From Thermodesulfovibrionales bacterium (GTDB taxonomy: Bacteria > Nitrospirota > Thermodesulfovibrionia > Thermodesulfovibrionales > SM23-35), in assembly GCA_030019415.1 (NCBI GenBank), contig JASEEX010000004.1, positions 196-64,195 on the forward strand: a DNA stretch of 64,000 bases, in the 5' to 3' direction. This document shows, piece by piece, positions 63,402 to 64,000 of the stretch (positions are counted from its first letter, which is position 1; each line of letters starts with the position of its first letter). The notes under the pieces were generated by a model. The model was given only the letters and a program-made list of their open reading frames with translations, did no database searches and was not told the DNA's origin. The translations under genes and the position numbers were made by a program.

Positions 63402-64000
63402 ATCTTCCTTACCAGCTATTCATAGCCCTCAGATACCTTAAATCCAAAAAAAAACATAAGGGTATTTCGGTCAATGCCCTGATATCCATAGGTGGTGTTG
63501 CAGTTGGCGTTATGGCGCTCCTCGTCGTCCTGTCTGTAATGAGTGGATTCCATGAAGATCTCCAGAGAAAAATACTCGGAGTAAATGCCCATGTTATTGT
63601 CCTTGATTATAGAGGAACAATCCCTGGATACAATGATGTAATCAAAAGGCTTGAGGGTGAGGAGGATATCATATCATCCGCCCCGTTCGTCCTGGGTCAG
63701 GTGATGGTTTCTTCAGGCAAGAAGGCACATGGTGTTTTCCTGAAGGGAATAAGGCCTGAAATGGAGACAAAAACAACAGAGATATTGAACTATGTAAAGG
63801 ATGGCAACCCTGGAGACCTTTCTCCAAAAAATGGGATCCCCGGTATTATCCTTGGAAGAGAGCTTGCGAGTAGCCTCGGTGTGTTTGTTGGAGATATAAT
63901 TAACATTGTTTCCCCTTTTGGTGAGATAGGCCCCCTCGGCGTGCTCCCAAAAATCAAGCCTTTCAGAGTTGCAGCAATATTCGAGGTAGGGATGTTTGAA
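63398..64000 (+). CDS. LolC/LolE-type (FtsX-like) ABC transporter permease, 5' part (runs off the window)
   Basis: MNLPYQLFIALRYLKSKKK..GISV.ALISI.GVAVGVMALLVVLSVM.GF is the typical LolC/E N-terminus. The ATG overlaps the lysS stop (ATGA). Confidence 0.8.
   Translation, partial: MNLPYQLFIALRYLKSKKKHKGISVNALISIGGVAVGVMALLVVLSVMSGFHEDLQRKILGVNAHVIVLDYRGTIPGYNDVIKRLEGEEDIISSAPFVLGQVMVSSGKKAHGVFLKGIRPEMETKTTEILNYVKDGNPGDLSPKNGIPGIILGRELASSLGVFVGDIINIVSPFGEIGPLGVLPKIKPFRVAAIFEVGMFE

Overview
This is a 64-kb chromosomal window from what looks by eye (not computed) like a moderately AT-rich diderm anaerobe. The gene content includes a class II ribonucleotide reductase, 2-oxoacid:ferredoxin oxidoreductase subunits, a PflX-type radical SAM protein, an Mrp/Mbh-type membrane module and TamB-BamA. 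That content, plus Firmicute-like conserved gene blocks, would fit an uncultured Nitrospirota/Thermodesulfovibrionia-like or Deltaproteobacteria-like lineage, but taxonomy cannot be settled without a search.

Layout:
- 1-254: truncated IS3-type transposase plus a repeat end.
- 255-13644, minus strand, housekeeping: two pfk paralogues (one with an in-frame TAA), nitroreductase, NSS transporter plus small subunit, thiE, accC-accB-efp-pepP-aroQ, and coaBC-rpoZ-gmk-remA-yicC.
- 13792-16534: histidine kinase plus response regulator.
- 16603-21793: two tandem PEP-utilizer-like paralogues with an unassigned C-terminal domain.
- 22208-35231, plus strand: GntR, CBS protein, SLC13/DASS permease, an inserted four-helix-bundle cassette, an LCIB-like (beta-carbonic-anhydrase-fold) protein, a 12-gene Mrp/Mbh-type membrane module with three antiporter-like subunits, and a tandem USP protein.
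- 35325-37896: NrdR-box promoter, Cys-rich small ORF, nrdJ.
- 37901-41528, small accessory islet: nucleotidyltransferase, unknown ORF, a methyltransferase fragment cut by an IS256-family element, and a DUF433/DUF5615 pair.
- 41655-56816: membrane and stress genes, ppx, korB/korG, the surA-like-bamA-tamB operon, trkAH.
- 56817-57086: a tRNA-Ile/tRNA-Ala pair that looks like a decapitated rRNA operon.
- 57219-64000: rpsF-ssb-rpsR, two DUF507 genes, HNH, tRNA-Gln/Glu, nuclease, marC, radical SAM, lysS, and the lolC/E 5' part.

The window is saturated with several families of short palindromic or short-period repeats. They sit between co-transcribed genes, flank genes as inverted arms, and in several cases are inserted in frame inside conserved genes.

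Best candidates for something new:
1. The LCIB-like protein plus redox-module-free Mrp complex, as a possible energy-coupled inorganic-carbon system.
2. The tandem ATP-grasp/swivel-His proteins with an unknown acceptor domain.
3. The rrn-operon relic.
4. The in-frame palindromic insertions and cassette-like inverted repeat arms.

All family assignments are from motif recognition by eye; no searches were run.
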